Of a DNA stretch of 64,000 nucleotides, positions 45,292 to 54,980 are shown in pieces. Numbering within the stretch: the stretch's first letter is position 1; the number at the start of each line of letters is the position of its first letter. The translations under genes were made by a program, and so were the position numbers. The stretch lies in sequence record PP793740.1. One strand, 5' to 3'. The notes beneath the pieces are model-generated. The model had not been told where the DNA came from. It saw nothing but the letters and a program-made list of their open reading frames with translations, and made no database searches.

Positions 45292-46830
45292 CTATAAACG
45301 CATCATGCGCATACTTTTAGTTTTACCCATGAAATGATTTTCTTTATTTCTAGCGTATCTGCAATGATGAGGTATGTTATTACAAACCATGAATGTTAAC
45401 CTTGGTATTACATCAGGCCAGTTCTTCAATGGTCTTAGTCGTCCAAGAATTTGGATGCTGTCCTTTTTAGAGTCAGTTGCTTGTAATAGAATAACTTCCC
45501 TTAAATTCCTAATATCAACACCAGTACCAGATGATTTAATAGTTGATACAGTGATATCATTAGTCATTAATCTATCATACGGACTACCCGAAACATGTCT
45601 ATTAATCTGAAGATCTGGATATTGTTTCTTAAGATAAGCTGTCAGTACATCGATAAAGTTTACAGTCGCGCATAATAGCAAACATTTCTGACCTTCAATA
45701 CGATCCTTTATATAAACGCCATCTACAATACGTTTAACCATCTTTAAATAGAAGTCTAGTCGCCTAGGATTCTTCATCATTACTGTTTCATAACGAGCAT
45801 GGTTATATGTATTTTTAAATGGAGTTAAATAGTCCTTAGGTTTAATAGTTGGTTCACTATATAACAAGCCAATAACATTGATGTATGAGTCATATGCAGG
45901 TAACCTACACTTTGTAGTGGCAGGTAGCATGACATCAATCATTTTAGTAACAAACTGATTACCAGTGTATGGAGTAGCTGATAAATAGATTTGTTTATTG
46001 ACATTGGTATATAGATCAGTACGAAATACTAATCCTGGATCTTCTTGAATCTCATCATTGATCTGCCAACCTGCTCCAATAACCTCATGGAATCTAGGTG
46101 GTGGTACATTAAATCCAACTACATCGATTTTTTCACCTAATCGTTCAAAAGTATCGATATATGCACGGTATGTTGTAGAACTAATGAGAATAATTTCAAC
46201 ACCCTCTAAATCATTCTCTAGTCCGCGATTAATTAGATTCTGTAACTCAGCAGATCCAGATACTTTTAAATATTTTATACCTAGCTGATCTTCATAACCA
46301 ACAAATGTTTCTTTTAATGCTTTCTCCCAAATACCGAAATATTTAGGTGGAATCATAACAACACCACGTTCTTTCATTACTGCAACTGAAGCTAAACTAG
46401 TTAAGGTTTTACCTTTACCAGTCTGTAAATCAACACGTGCTGAATGTAAATGTGGTCTTAGAATATCTTCGCGGATGGTTTCCTGATAATCCCTTAGAAC
46501 ATAATGTTCAAATAAAGTATAGTCTACTTTAACAGCTGTTGGTACAGGAATATCTACAATTTCAATTCTAGTAGATGGTATATTCTTATCGGCTAGATAA
46601 TTAATAAGTTCTTGAAGACATTCACGATGGATGAATACAGATTTACCATCTTCTGTTTCACCATAATATTTTTTCTTTATTTCCATTATGGTGCGTTGAC
46701 CAGGTATCTTCTTAGGTTCTTTTAAAACCAGTTTATTAAGATATCCAGTCATCTTTAAGTATGTTTCCCGATCGTAACCGGATAAACGAACACCATGGGT
46801 GTATCGTTCTGCTGTAAGAATCGGTTTCAT
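45292..46830 (-). CDS. SF2 (UvsW-like) helicase (phiKZ gp75)
   Basis: LQTGKGKT, DEIQ, SAT and QILGRLR motifs; start moved to MKPIL. Confidence 0.85.
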   Translation of the reverse strand: MKPILTAERYTHGVRLSGYDRETYLKMTGYLNKLVLKEPKKIPGQRTIMEIKKKYYGETEDGKSVFIHRECLQELINYLADKNIPSTRIEIVDIPVPTAVKVDYTLFEHYVLRDYQETIREDILRPHLHSARVDLQTGKGKTLTSLASVAVMKERGVVMIPPKYFGIWEKALKETFVGYEDQLGIKYLKVSGSAELQNLINRGLENDLEGVEIILISSTTYRAYIDTFERLGEKIDVVGFNVPPPRFHEVIGAGWQINDEIQEDPGLVFRTDLYTNVNKQIYLSATPYTGNQFVTKMIDVMLPATTKCRLPAYDSYINVIGLLYSEPTIKPKDYLTPFKNTYNHARYETVMMKNPRRLDFYLKMVKRIVDGVYIKDRIEGQKCLLLCATVNFIDVLTAYLKKQYPDLQINRHVSGSPYDRLMTNDITVSTIKSSGTGVDIRNLREVILLQATDSKKDSIQILGRLRPLKNWPDVIPRLTFMVCNNIPHHCRYARNKENHFMGKTKSMRMMRL

Positions 46831-46888
46831 AAAAAAATCAACGATCGGTAAGGGGAGCAGTGCTCCCCAAACCTCACGTCCTCCACGT

Positions 46889-48922
46889 CTATCGCAGTTT
46901 ACCACCTTTAACTAGTAAGTCATATGGATGGTCATTCCTCATCTTGTTAAGGAAACTGCCTGGGTTATTTAGTGGCTCATGCTGCTTTTCGAAAGCCATC
47001 GCACCACCTAAACTACGACATTGCATTAGCCTATTATATTTTTCAAATTGGCCATTAATACCGGGTTTAGGTAAGCGATAGTCTCGATATTGAGCTGAAC
47101 GGATCATCATAGCGTATATCAAGATCTCACAATGGGAAATATTAAGGCTAATCTTTTCATTAGCCATTGTTGCAAATACAGGTAGTGCTTCAATTGGTGA
47201 CTTGTAGTTTTTAAGATACGTTTTAGACGTATATCCAACTTTCTCAGTGCTTAGTTTACCTGCCTCGGCTGAGTCACTACCGGAATGTAAGAAACTTTGG
47301 AATCGTTTCATTACTTCATACATGTTTACGTGCTTATTTGGTAGCGTTAAGAATGGTAGGTTAAAATCAAAACCACGAAGACTAATGACGATATTGTCTC
47401 GCTGATCTAGTTCCCAACGGACCATCTTAATATGCTTTAGCATTTCAATAGATAGACTAGCCCTACGGTTATACAGCGACACAGTCAGAACATCACCACA
47501 TTCACCATTCACCTCATCATCATAGACTAGGGCCAGGCTGGTTAGTTCAGTAGCTGAAGTAGCTGGATATGCAGTAAGGTCATCAATCATTAAAATGTCA
47601 GCAAGGTTTTCTGCCTCTGACCGTGCGATTACTAAACGATAATCCTTCTGAGTAAGTTCTTTCTTTAGATATAGTGTCTCTGGGATTTCACCTGTTCTTA
47701 AATAATTACTTTCAATTTTGCCAAGTTTATATTGTTCTACAGCAGAAGACGCATCGGTGTGTTTAGTAGACAATACTGCTGAAGTAATTTTGTCACCCAT
47801 CGATACGGCAGCAACCTGACCGATATTAGTTCCTTTTGGAATATTGATACCTAGTCGGCCATAACAAGTCATACAGATACCCTGACTATCTGGATGATTA
47901 CATCCAAATACAGACCTGAATTTCTGTTTAGTTCCAATTAGGTGTGTTTCATTTCCACGGATCCAGTCTAGTTTACCATCTTCTTTTTGATAATATTTTC
48001 CTTTGAATGCTTTTAAAGTTAACTTAGTTACAGGATACTCAGCTAAGATTGTGGTCTTACAATCACCAGGATGTAGCCTTTGGACATATTGTGCAATAAG
48101 CTGAGATTTCCGGTTAAAGTATTCAGTTACTCGCAGTAGTTCTTTGTTATATAGTAGCGCTTTAGTACCTGAACGAGATTCAATCATATTCTCATACAGA
48201 TTCCAAATACCATCAATATAACCAGTTGTTACCGGATATTTAAAGATATCTGAGTTAATGTCAGTTGGAAAGCCCCGCCAAGCAAATGCTTGTAGAAGCT
48301 GTTCAGTTTTCTGAGTACCAGAACGAAGACCTTCAATGATGCTGTTACCAATGAATTGGGTAGGATCATTAAATACTTCTTTGACTTTACCATAACTAAT
48401 TTTTTCGATACCATAAGTAGTTGGTTCGATATTATGGTTAGCCTCACGTACCTTGGGATGATTATATACTTCAGCAATATCAAACATCGACAAGGTTGCT
48501 AGATATTCAGACAGTTTCACAGTGGTCTGATTATACAGCCAGTTCTTACCTTCAATAGCCAGTTTAGATAGTACTTCAGGATCTACTGTTTCACCTGACC
48601 AATCATAGATGTTCCAAATAGCCTTATTTAAATGCTTAACCATGGCCTTAGATGTTACTCGGCCACCTTCAACATTTAGATAATCTTTAGGGTTATCAGT
48701 TAAGATGCGATTGAAATCGATATGGTGATCAGATGGAATTGGGCAATCTTTATAATGTTTAAGAGGATACCAACACAGAACGGATAATTTGGTAATACGG
48801 TCAACTGACACAACCGTTTTACCATCATCAAATTCGATTAGATGCCATTCTGAAGGGAGTGACCATAAATCATCATAACTTAGATTTAGAAGATCACGCG
48901 CTTTATAACGATTAAGATTCAT
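46889..48922 (-). CDS. rpoC: Non-virion RNA polymerase beta'-like C-terminal subunit (phiKZ gp74)
   Basis: 677 aa; Zn site C...C..CYG; QVAAVSMGD...LSTKH trigger-loop region; recalled sequence. Confidence 0.9.
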   Translation of the reverse strand: MNLNRYKARDLLNLSYDDLWSLPSEWHLIEFDDGKTVVSVDRITKLSVLCWYPLKHYKDCPIPSDHHIDFNRILTDNPKDYLNVEGGRVTSKAMVKHLNKAIWNIYDWSGETVDPEVLSKLAIEGKNWLYNQTTVKLSEYLATLSMFDIAEVYNHPKVREANHNIEPTTYGIEKISYGKVKEVFNDPTQFIGNSIIEGLRSGTQKTEQLLQAFAWRGFPTDINSDIFKYPVTTGYIDGIWNLYENMIESRSGTKALLYNKELLRVTEYFNRKSQLIAQYVQRLHPGDCKTTILAEYPVTKLTLKAFKGKYYQKEDGKLDWIRGNETHLIGTKQKFRSVFGCNHPDSQGICMTCYGRLGINIPKGTNIGQVAAVSMGDKITSAVLSTKHTDASSAVEQYKLGKIESNYLRTGEIPETLYLKKELTQKDYRLVIARSEAENLADILMIDDLTAYPATSATELTSLALVYDDEVNGECGDVLTVSLYNRRASLSIEMLKHIKMVRWELDQRDNIVISLRGFDFNLPFLTLPNKHVNMYEVMKRFQSFLHSGSDSAEAGKLSTEKVGYTSKTYLKNYKSPIEALPVFATMANEKISLNISHCEILIYAMMIRSAQYRDYRLPKPGINGQFEKYNRLMQCRSLGGAMAFEKQHEPLNNPGSFLNKMRNDHPYDLLVKGGKLR

Positions 48923-48952
48923 TATTTACCTCTTGTATTATTAAACCCCTGA

Positions 48953-49876
48953 TCAATGATCAGGGGCATATTCTAATGCAATACCACTACATTCAAGCAG
49001 GTGATCAAACATAGCTACTGGGCGAGATCCACCAAATGGAATCTTTTCACGATCAACTGCAACTGGTACAGATGAAGGTTTTTCTGCTGTTAGCCAAGAC
49101 TCGATAACCGCAGCATGCGCCAATGGGTTATTAGTTTGGTCTAAGATTTCAGCAGTCGGACCTGGACCAACTGTACAGTTATATGACCGAGTTTCAGATT
49201 CACCGAATGACCGGATAGCTGTTTCTCGACCAGGTGTGCTAGCCCTATCAGCATTGTTTAACTTAGAAGGTAGACCAAATGGTTGTGTTTTTACAGATGC
49301 TGCTGCTGACCAGTCTTCACCAATCTTTTCTAGTAGCATCATGTAAAGTGGACCCATTAAGACATTATCTTTAGTTGTTACCCACTTACCAGCTTGATCT
49401 CGATAAGATACCTTCCCATAGTGTGGTCGATACTTATCGCTATTAATTAATTTGTTGACTGCTGCCATTAGATCCACTGGATCATCAACTGGTGCGTAGA
49501 TATATGGGAATCCATCCATTAGTACTGTTTTAACATGTTCTGCTGGATTTGGGTGTTCCATCATTTTACTATGCATTGTTGGAGCAATGATCTCATAGAA
49601 ACCTAATAGTTCTTTAAATGCATAATCAACCCATTGCGTATTACCCATTACACTATTTAGTTGTTGCTGGGTTGGTTTGGCATGTCGATCTAGTCCAGCT
49701 TCAACGCGTAGGCGTTGAGCTAGATCTCGTGCAGCTGCGCCAAAACCATGTTCATAAATTCGACCATAATTTGAACGACGCATGGTTGAACCACCAAAGA
49801 TAATTAGATCTGCCCTATTACCATTTTCGTCAATAGGCATATCTTCATCTTCCATTACCTTACAGATGACGCCCTT
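48953..49876 (-). CDS. rpoB: nvRNAP beta-like subunit gp71-73, exon 2
   Basis: Begins KGVICKV..DEDMP, completing the FHGG-KGV motif; ends in SFGESE. Confidence 0.9.
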   Translation of the reverse strand, partial: KGVICKVMEDEDMPIDENGNRADLIIFGGSTMRRSNYGRIYEHGFGAAARDLAQRLRVEAGLDRHAKPTQQQLNSVMGNTQWVDYAFKELLGFYEIIAPTMHSKMMEHPNPAEHVKTVLMDGFPYIYAPVDDPVDLMAAVNKLINSDKYRPHYGKVSYRDQAGKWVTTKDNVLMGPLYMMLLEKIGEDWSAAASVKTQPFGLPSKLNNADRASTPGRETAIRSFGESETRSYNCTVGPGPTAEILDQTNNPLAHAAVIESWLTAEKPSSVPVAVDREKIPFGGSRPVAMFDHLLECSGIALEYAPDH

Positions 49877-50183
49877 CGTTATGTTCAGGTAAGTTCGCTA
49901 CGCTTACCCCGCCTCTCGTATTGCAGGCAGCTGCATGTCACCATGCAGACCAGACTATATCTTAACCTTCACCCTAGGTGGTCAGGTCCCTCCCATTTCC
50001 ACTCGCTTGAGTGTACTCCGCGTAACCGGATAGTCGTTGAACGTTCAATCCATTTCTGGAAAGCTTCGCTGCTGATTGTCTCATTGAGATGTCCCAGCAA
50101 TTAGAGAGGATTTACTTGACTCTTTCGAGATCAAGCAGGCAATTTGACAATATCCATTCCTGAGAGATGGATGGATATTAATT
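49877..50183 (-). mobile_element. Group I self-splicing intron, 307 nt, no homing endonuclease ORF
   Basis: 5' exon ends in U and the intron ends in G; core motifs P AAUUGCUGGGA, Q AAUCAGCAG, R GUUCAACGACUA, S AAGAUAUAGUCU; splicing restores the frame. Confidence 0.92.
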
Positions 50184-51362
50184 ACCACCATGAAAATCAG
50201 TCATCTTGAAAGCACCAGCAGGCATCTTTTGGGCTTTGTAAGTTACTTCGACTCGCCATTCATCTAGTGGGTCTAGTCGATAGAATCGAGATAGTTTACG
50301 GACATTATCAGGTTGAGGTAGGAACATCTGTGCAGTTACAATAAGACGTTCAAATTCCTCAGTGATATGTAGATCATCTTTACGACGTGCTAATAGACCA
50401 CGATAGATCTTTAATAGTTCTCGATAATAACTGCTAAGATGAGTATGATATTTAACTAGTTGTGCATCCATTCCTGTTGGAGTAGGGGATGGATTTACAC
50501 GCTCATCACGCCAAATATCAATATCAATAACCTTCGCACCAGGTGTGCCAATAACAGCTCTATCGAAAGTTCTATCTAGTGTACGAAGTGCCCTAGGAGT
50601 CATCTCGGCAGGAGCTAGATCATCATCATGGTCACGGATGGCGAAGATTACACCATCTGGTCGGATAACATCGCCAATGTCTGGGAATGGTTTATAGACC
50701 TTATCATCGCCATACATGTTTAAGAAGAAAGCTTTCCTACCAGCATTAGCTACAGCCGTGCTATAACTAGTTGGCATCATCCTTTTAAGGAAATTCTTAT
50801 TAGCTACGAATCCATCTTCAATGGTACCAGCGGCAGATAGGAATACAACATTAGCATTAACACCCATCCCTAAAGTACCGTCTTTCTTAACTGCACCAGA
50901 CTGTGCAATCACTGTGTCTTTAGAGAACATTTCATTTGGGGCAATGGTTTCCCACACTTCTCGATTCTTTACAAGTTCATAACCAAAGTCTTGGTGATGA
51001 CTCATGTACTCGGGAACATGTAAGACACCAATGGTTTTATATTTGTCAAAATAGTTTTCGTAGATAATAGTTGTTACCGGGTTAGATCTAATACTGTCTT
51101 TACCAATACCCGTTGGATATTTTCTAAGAACATGTAGTACACGACAATCCTCAGGAAAACGAACATCATGTGTATACTTGGCATACTCTAATTCAGCACC
51201 CGTTAGGAAATAACGCGATTCATTTCCATTTACTTCTGGTGCCTGGCCAATATGTGTTACAAACATAGCACCCCGTGCAGATGAGGTAGTGCCATACCAA
51301 GGATCTAAACCAGTATGCCCTAATAGGGTTAGATCAATTTCACGTTTACCTAGTTCAGCCAT
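50184..51362 (-). CDS. rpoB: nvRNAP beta-like subunit gp71-73, exon 1 (spliced product 700 aa)
   Basis: SSARGAMF, IEDGF and KMTDFHGG motifs; start MAELGKRE. Confidence 0.9.
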
Positions 51363-51474
51363 TTTGTTTATCACCATTAATTAGACAAGATGCAGTACTA
51401 CTATATTTCTTATTTGCGCTGTTTTTAGATATAGCCTTTTGTAAGACTTCAATGTCTGGTATCACCAATCTCAT
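51355..51474 (-). CDS. 39-aa upstream ORF overlapping the nvRNAP beta start
   Basis: GGAGGT RBS; MRLVIPDIEVLQKAISKNSANKKYSSTASCLINGDKQNG; ATGGCTGA overlap. Confidence 0.55.
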   Translation of the reverse strand: MRLVIPDIEVLQKAISKNSANKKYSSTASCLINGDKQNG

Positions 51475-51500
51475 ACCTCCTGTTTACTAATTACAAATCA

Positions 51501-51508
51501 ATGATATA
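51501..51508 (-). promoter_or_regulatory. Early promoter variant (TATATCAT) for the beta/beta' genes
   Basis: TTTAAGATC-TATATCAT, similar to the 56580 site. Confidence 0.55.
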
Positions 51509-51538
51509 GATCTTAAATAAAATTTATTGGAATTTATT

Positions 51539-51901
51539 ATGGCATTCACACTGTTAGCTAATCAGCCAGATTCAGGTGAATCTGTTTATTATGAACCAGG
51601 GTTCAGATTAATTATTGAGACTCATTTGAATATCTTACGTAATGTCAGATCCACACGTATTCAAATTCCACCTGAACTGTATTACCAGTTCGAAGGAAAC
51701 TTTTATGGATACATGGCAGAACGCCGTGTCAATCCTGATATGTGGTGGATTCAAATGCGTGTTAATGGTTTAGTTAGCCCTTATGATTTTGGTAAAGTTC
51801 TAAGGGATCCTTCAGCTAATGATTACACCAGCTATTTAATCATACCGAATAACGACATGATTCAACACCTCGTTAGCTTATATCAAACTAAAAAGTTTTA
51901 A
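51539..51901 (+). CDS. Putative baseplate protein, T4 gp53/LysM-like
   Basis: FYGY......D.WWI.MRVNG...P.DF pattern. Confidence 0.55.
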   Translation: MAFTLLANQPDSGESVYYEPGFRLIIETHLNILRNVRSTRIQIPPELYYQFEGNFYGYMAERRVNPDMWWIQMRVNGLVSPYDFGKVLRDPSANDYTSYLIIPNNDMIQHLVSLYQTKKF

Positions 51902-51907
51902 AGCAAG

Positions 51908-51931
51908 CCAGGGGACCCTTAGGCCCCCTGG
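51908..51931. terminator. Bidirectional terminator
   Basis: CCAGGGG...CCCCTGG followed by TTTATGCCG. Confidence 0.65.
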
Positions 51932-51942
51932 TTTATGCCGTG

Positions 51943-53334
51943 TTACAGTAGACGACCCATCATTTGGTTTCCACCTAGATTCATCATCGCGGTGTTACCA
52001 TTACCAGCTAGAGCGGGGTTTAGTGCTTGTGCAAATCCACCACCCATCGGCATTTGATTGCCCATGAGTTGCATCATTTGCGGGTGCATATTAGCCATCA
52101 TTGGCTGCTGTGGCTGCATCATCCCAGGCATTGCAAAGTTATTGTTCATCATAACAGGTTGTTGCATCATTCCGGGTTGAGCAAATTGGTTTTTCTGCCC
52201 AGCGTTTAGAAGATCTTGGATAGATGCTTTATTGCTAGTTTGAACTTGTTGTGCGGGACGTTGAGGTGCCTGAGTCATTGCTACAGCTTGACTCATAGAT
52301 GGATTAACATTCACAGTTGTGCCTACTGGTACACGTGTAGAAGTAGTTTGTTCTTTAGCAGTATTACCCACTTTAACTACACTATCCTTTTTCTGGACAG
52401 GAATTTGGGCAACTGGGTTTACAGTTTCAGAAGCTTCTTCTTCTACTTCATTGCTGACTCCTTCATTACCATCAAGAGAGGGGATCTCACGTTGCATCTT
52501 TGCAAAATCAGCAATCACCTTCTCATCAACTTTTGAATAAGGTTGAATAGCATCATCGAAGATCAGGCGATACTTATCAATAACACTATTTAGTTGAGTA
52601 GTGATTTTGTTAAATGCCTGGATAAGACATACAAAATAAGGTGCTACCCGCTCAACTGTTCCTGCTGAATATTCAGTTGGTGAATCACCAAATGGTACAA
52701 CTAGTTTAAATAGTTCGATTAGAACTGGCCGCTGTTTCTTAGGTACATTTACTCCAAGGATATCATCTTTAGAATAAAGATCCTCTACGATAGGGAACCG
52801 AATAACGCAGATACGGTTAACTGTCTTCCCATCAAATTTACCATTTGCTTTTAGATACACGCTTACAAAACGTGAACGTTTTTCAGCAGCTTTGACAACC
52901 TTATTAAACCACTCAATGGTATCTGGCTTAGCACCGGATAGTTTCTTTAGGAAGTCTGAACATTCTGGTGGAATGTCTTTATGCAGAGTGGAGTCGGCAG
53001 CTACTTCTAAAATACGTGAAGTAAGATACTTCACAGTAAACATTAGATTAGCCTTAACTTGACGCTGCATATGCTGTAGTACTTGAGAAGTACCTAGCCG
53101 AGAGATCTTTTCAGATAGCGGGTGGAAGGCGATGTAATCATCGCCTAGCCCTTTACGAAGCCAATCTTTAGTAGGTACCACTAGTCGCTTACCATCTACC
53201 TTTGCAGGTGCAGGTCGACCAAGTGGATCGAGAATACTGATCATATCCTCTTCACCTACTTTGTATCGGAAAGCAGGTAATACTTGATCACTATAGAACT
53301 TGGAAAGAGAAATCGTAGGCATTGTTATCACCAA
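51943..53334 (-). CDS. Nucleus-associated protein with Met/Gln-rich disordered tail (phiKZ gp70-like)
   Basis: Synteny after PicA; low-complexity C-terminus. Confidence 0.7.
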   Translation of the reverse strand: MVITMPTISLSKFYSDQVLPAFRYKVGEEDMISILDPLGRPAPAKVDGKRLVVPTKDWLRKGLGDDYIAFHPLSEKISRLGTSQVLQHMQRQVKANLMFTVKYLTSRILEVAADSTLHKDIPPECSDFLKKLSGAKPDTIEWFNKVVKAAEKRSRFVSVYLKANGKFDGKTVNRICVIRFPIVEDLYSKDDILGVNVPKKQRPVLIELFKLVVPFGDSPTEYSAGTVERVAPYFVCLIQAFNKITTQLNSVIDKYRLIFDDAIQPYSKVDEKVIADFAKMQREIPSLDGNEGVSNEVEEEASETVNPVAQIPVQKKDSVVKVGNTAKEQTTSTRVPVGTTVNVNPSMSQAVAMTQAPQRPAQQVQTSNKASIQDLLNAGQKNQFAQPGMMQQPVMMNNNFAMPGMMQPQQPMMANMHPQMMQLMGNQMPMGGGFAQALNPALAGNGNTAMMNLGGNQMMGRLL

Positions 53335-54964
53335 ATTTAGGATTGATTTGAGCAGGTTGAGCTACAGGATGTTGATACGGTTGCATGTTAACCGGCTGAC
53401 CACTACTGTTTAGAATGTTTTGTTGAGTCTTAGTTGGGATAACATTCTTAACAAGATAGGTAAGGTCATTAGAGATCATAGCCGGTGCAGATGCATCCCG
53501 AGTAATGACTGGACTAAACAGACTATCAATGAAGGTCGGTGCGATGAATCGTTCTACCGATTCATGATTTAGACTGATATCAATAACAGTATCACCAGCT
53601 AAGTCAGAGTGCATGGAAATTTTAAACGGAATCTGGTTACCATAAGAGATACTGTTAATCGCATCGGTAATAAGACGACGTTCAAAGTCATTAATCTGTG
53701 GAGTCATATCAATTCCATCCATGATACTCCTGGTACCATTTGGATGCATTTCGAATAGATAGTTATTCGCTCCATGTCCATTTGTAATTGCAAAGGAGGT
53801 TACCCGGAAATAGTTATCCATCATGATTGCTGGAACTACTTGTGCAAGTAGAGATGCTGCAACAGTGTGATGATCTGCACCACCCCAATGCATGGAATGC
53901 TCTGCTCGGTTAACGAAGCGTTGAGAATTACCATTATCCATACCAGCTTTAACTACACCATCAACCAGTAGTTCAGGGAATACTCGTTGTAGGTCAGCCA
54001 GTGTAACAAAGCCACGTTCCATGTAATTGCAGCGTTCTTTTAGAATGCGCATGAACATATTGGAATGGATATCTTGATTTCGAAGTACAGCTGATGCATC
54101 ACCTAGCATCACTTCATCAGAGACACCTCCAAAGATATTATCGTTATCATTATTAGCCATCTCAGCTTCTTTAACAGAATGCTGCCATGCATTAAGAGTA
54201 CTAGATAGATAACGAGTAGGAGAAGTATCACGGCGATTTGAATATTGGAAAGTACCTGCTTCACCAACACTGGAACGTTGATCAATGATCCGGTCAAATA
54301 CACCTTGATGTAGTCCAGTTGATTCAATGCGTTTAGCTACTTGCATCGTTTGCTGAATCTGGAAAACATCTTCTGGCCGTTGGAGATATGATGAAGTTCC
54401 AGTATACATGCTAAACCCGTTCTGAGGGATAGTAATATCACTCATGATATCGACGGGTGCAAGGATCTGGTTAGAACCTAGGATATGTGCTTGTTTAACC
54501 ACACCAAACTCAGTTGGTCGTTGACGCTCTACAATAACAGTTTCACTATTAAAATAGATACGCATGTTAGGATCTAGACTATTGCTAAGCGGACTAATAG
54601 AGCAATGGTCAGAGCAACCAAATAGAATCCGGCAAGTACGGGTATTACCAAAGAAACGGTTATTCTCCCATACTTTCATCATGAACCTAAACCGGCGTTC
54701 ACCCCAACCATTGACGATAGGGACTTCGCCTTGAGTTTGAGCACGTGGTGCGATCACATCAGCTGCAATTTGCTGTACAGCTGCAACACCTAGATTACGA
54801 CCATCATTAGTTGCTTCTTTTAAACGTTCAATAGAGTTCTCAGTGACCTCTACAGTAAATGGTCGAACATGTTCAGGTTGATAAGTACCAGTTTGTACTA
54901 GAATGAATGATTCAATCTGTACTTCAGTATTACCGCCCATTGCTGAATTATTAAAACCTAACAT
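53291..54964 (-). CDS. picA: Phage-nucleus protein import factor PicA/Imp1 (phiKZ gp69)
   Basis: Lies directly after gp68 in the conserved chimallivirus block. Confidence 0.75.
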   Translation of the reverse strand: MLGFNNSAMGGNTEVQIESFILVQTGTYQPEHVRPFTVEVTENSIERLKEATNDGRNLGVAAVQQIAADVIAPRAQTQGEVPIVNGWGERRFRFMMKVWENNRFFGNTRTCRILFGCSDHCSISPLSNSLDPNMRIYFNSETVIVERQRPTEFGVVKQAHILGSNQILAPVDIMSDITIPQNGFSMYTGTSSYLQRPEDVFQIQQTMQVAKRIESTGLHQGVFDRIIDQRSSVGEAGTFQYSNRRDTSPTRYLSSTLNAWQHSVKEAEMANNDNDNIFGGVSDEVMLGDASAVLRNQDIHSNMFMRILKERCNYMERGFVTLADLQRVFPELLVDGVVKAGMDNGNSQRFVNRAEHSMHWGGADHHTVAASLLAQVVPAIMMDNYFRVTSFAITNGHGANNYLFEMHPNGTRSIMDGIDMTPQINDFERRLITDAINSISYGNQIPFKISMHSDLAGDTVIDISLNHESVERFIAPTFIDSLFSPVITRDASAPAMISNDLTYLVKNVIPTKTQQNILNSSGQPVNMQPYQHPVAQPAQINPKFGDNNAYDFSFQVL

Positions 54965-54980
54965 AGAACTACCTCAATTA

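Noticed and set aside
50178-50183. Apparent premature stop (GGN*) suggesting a broken RNAP gene
   Set aside because: The stop lies inside the group I intron; splicing restores a 700-aa frame.
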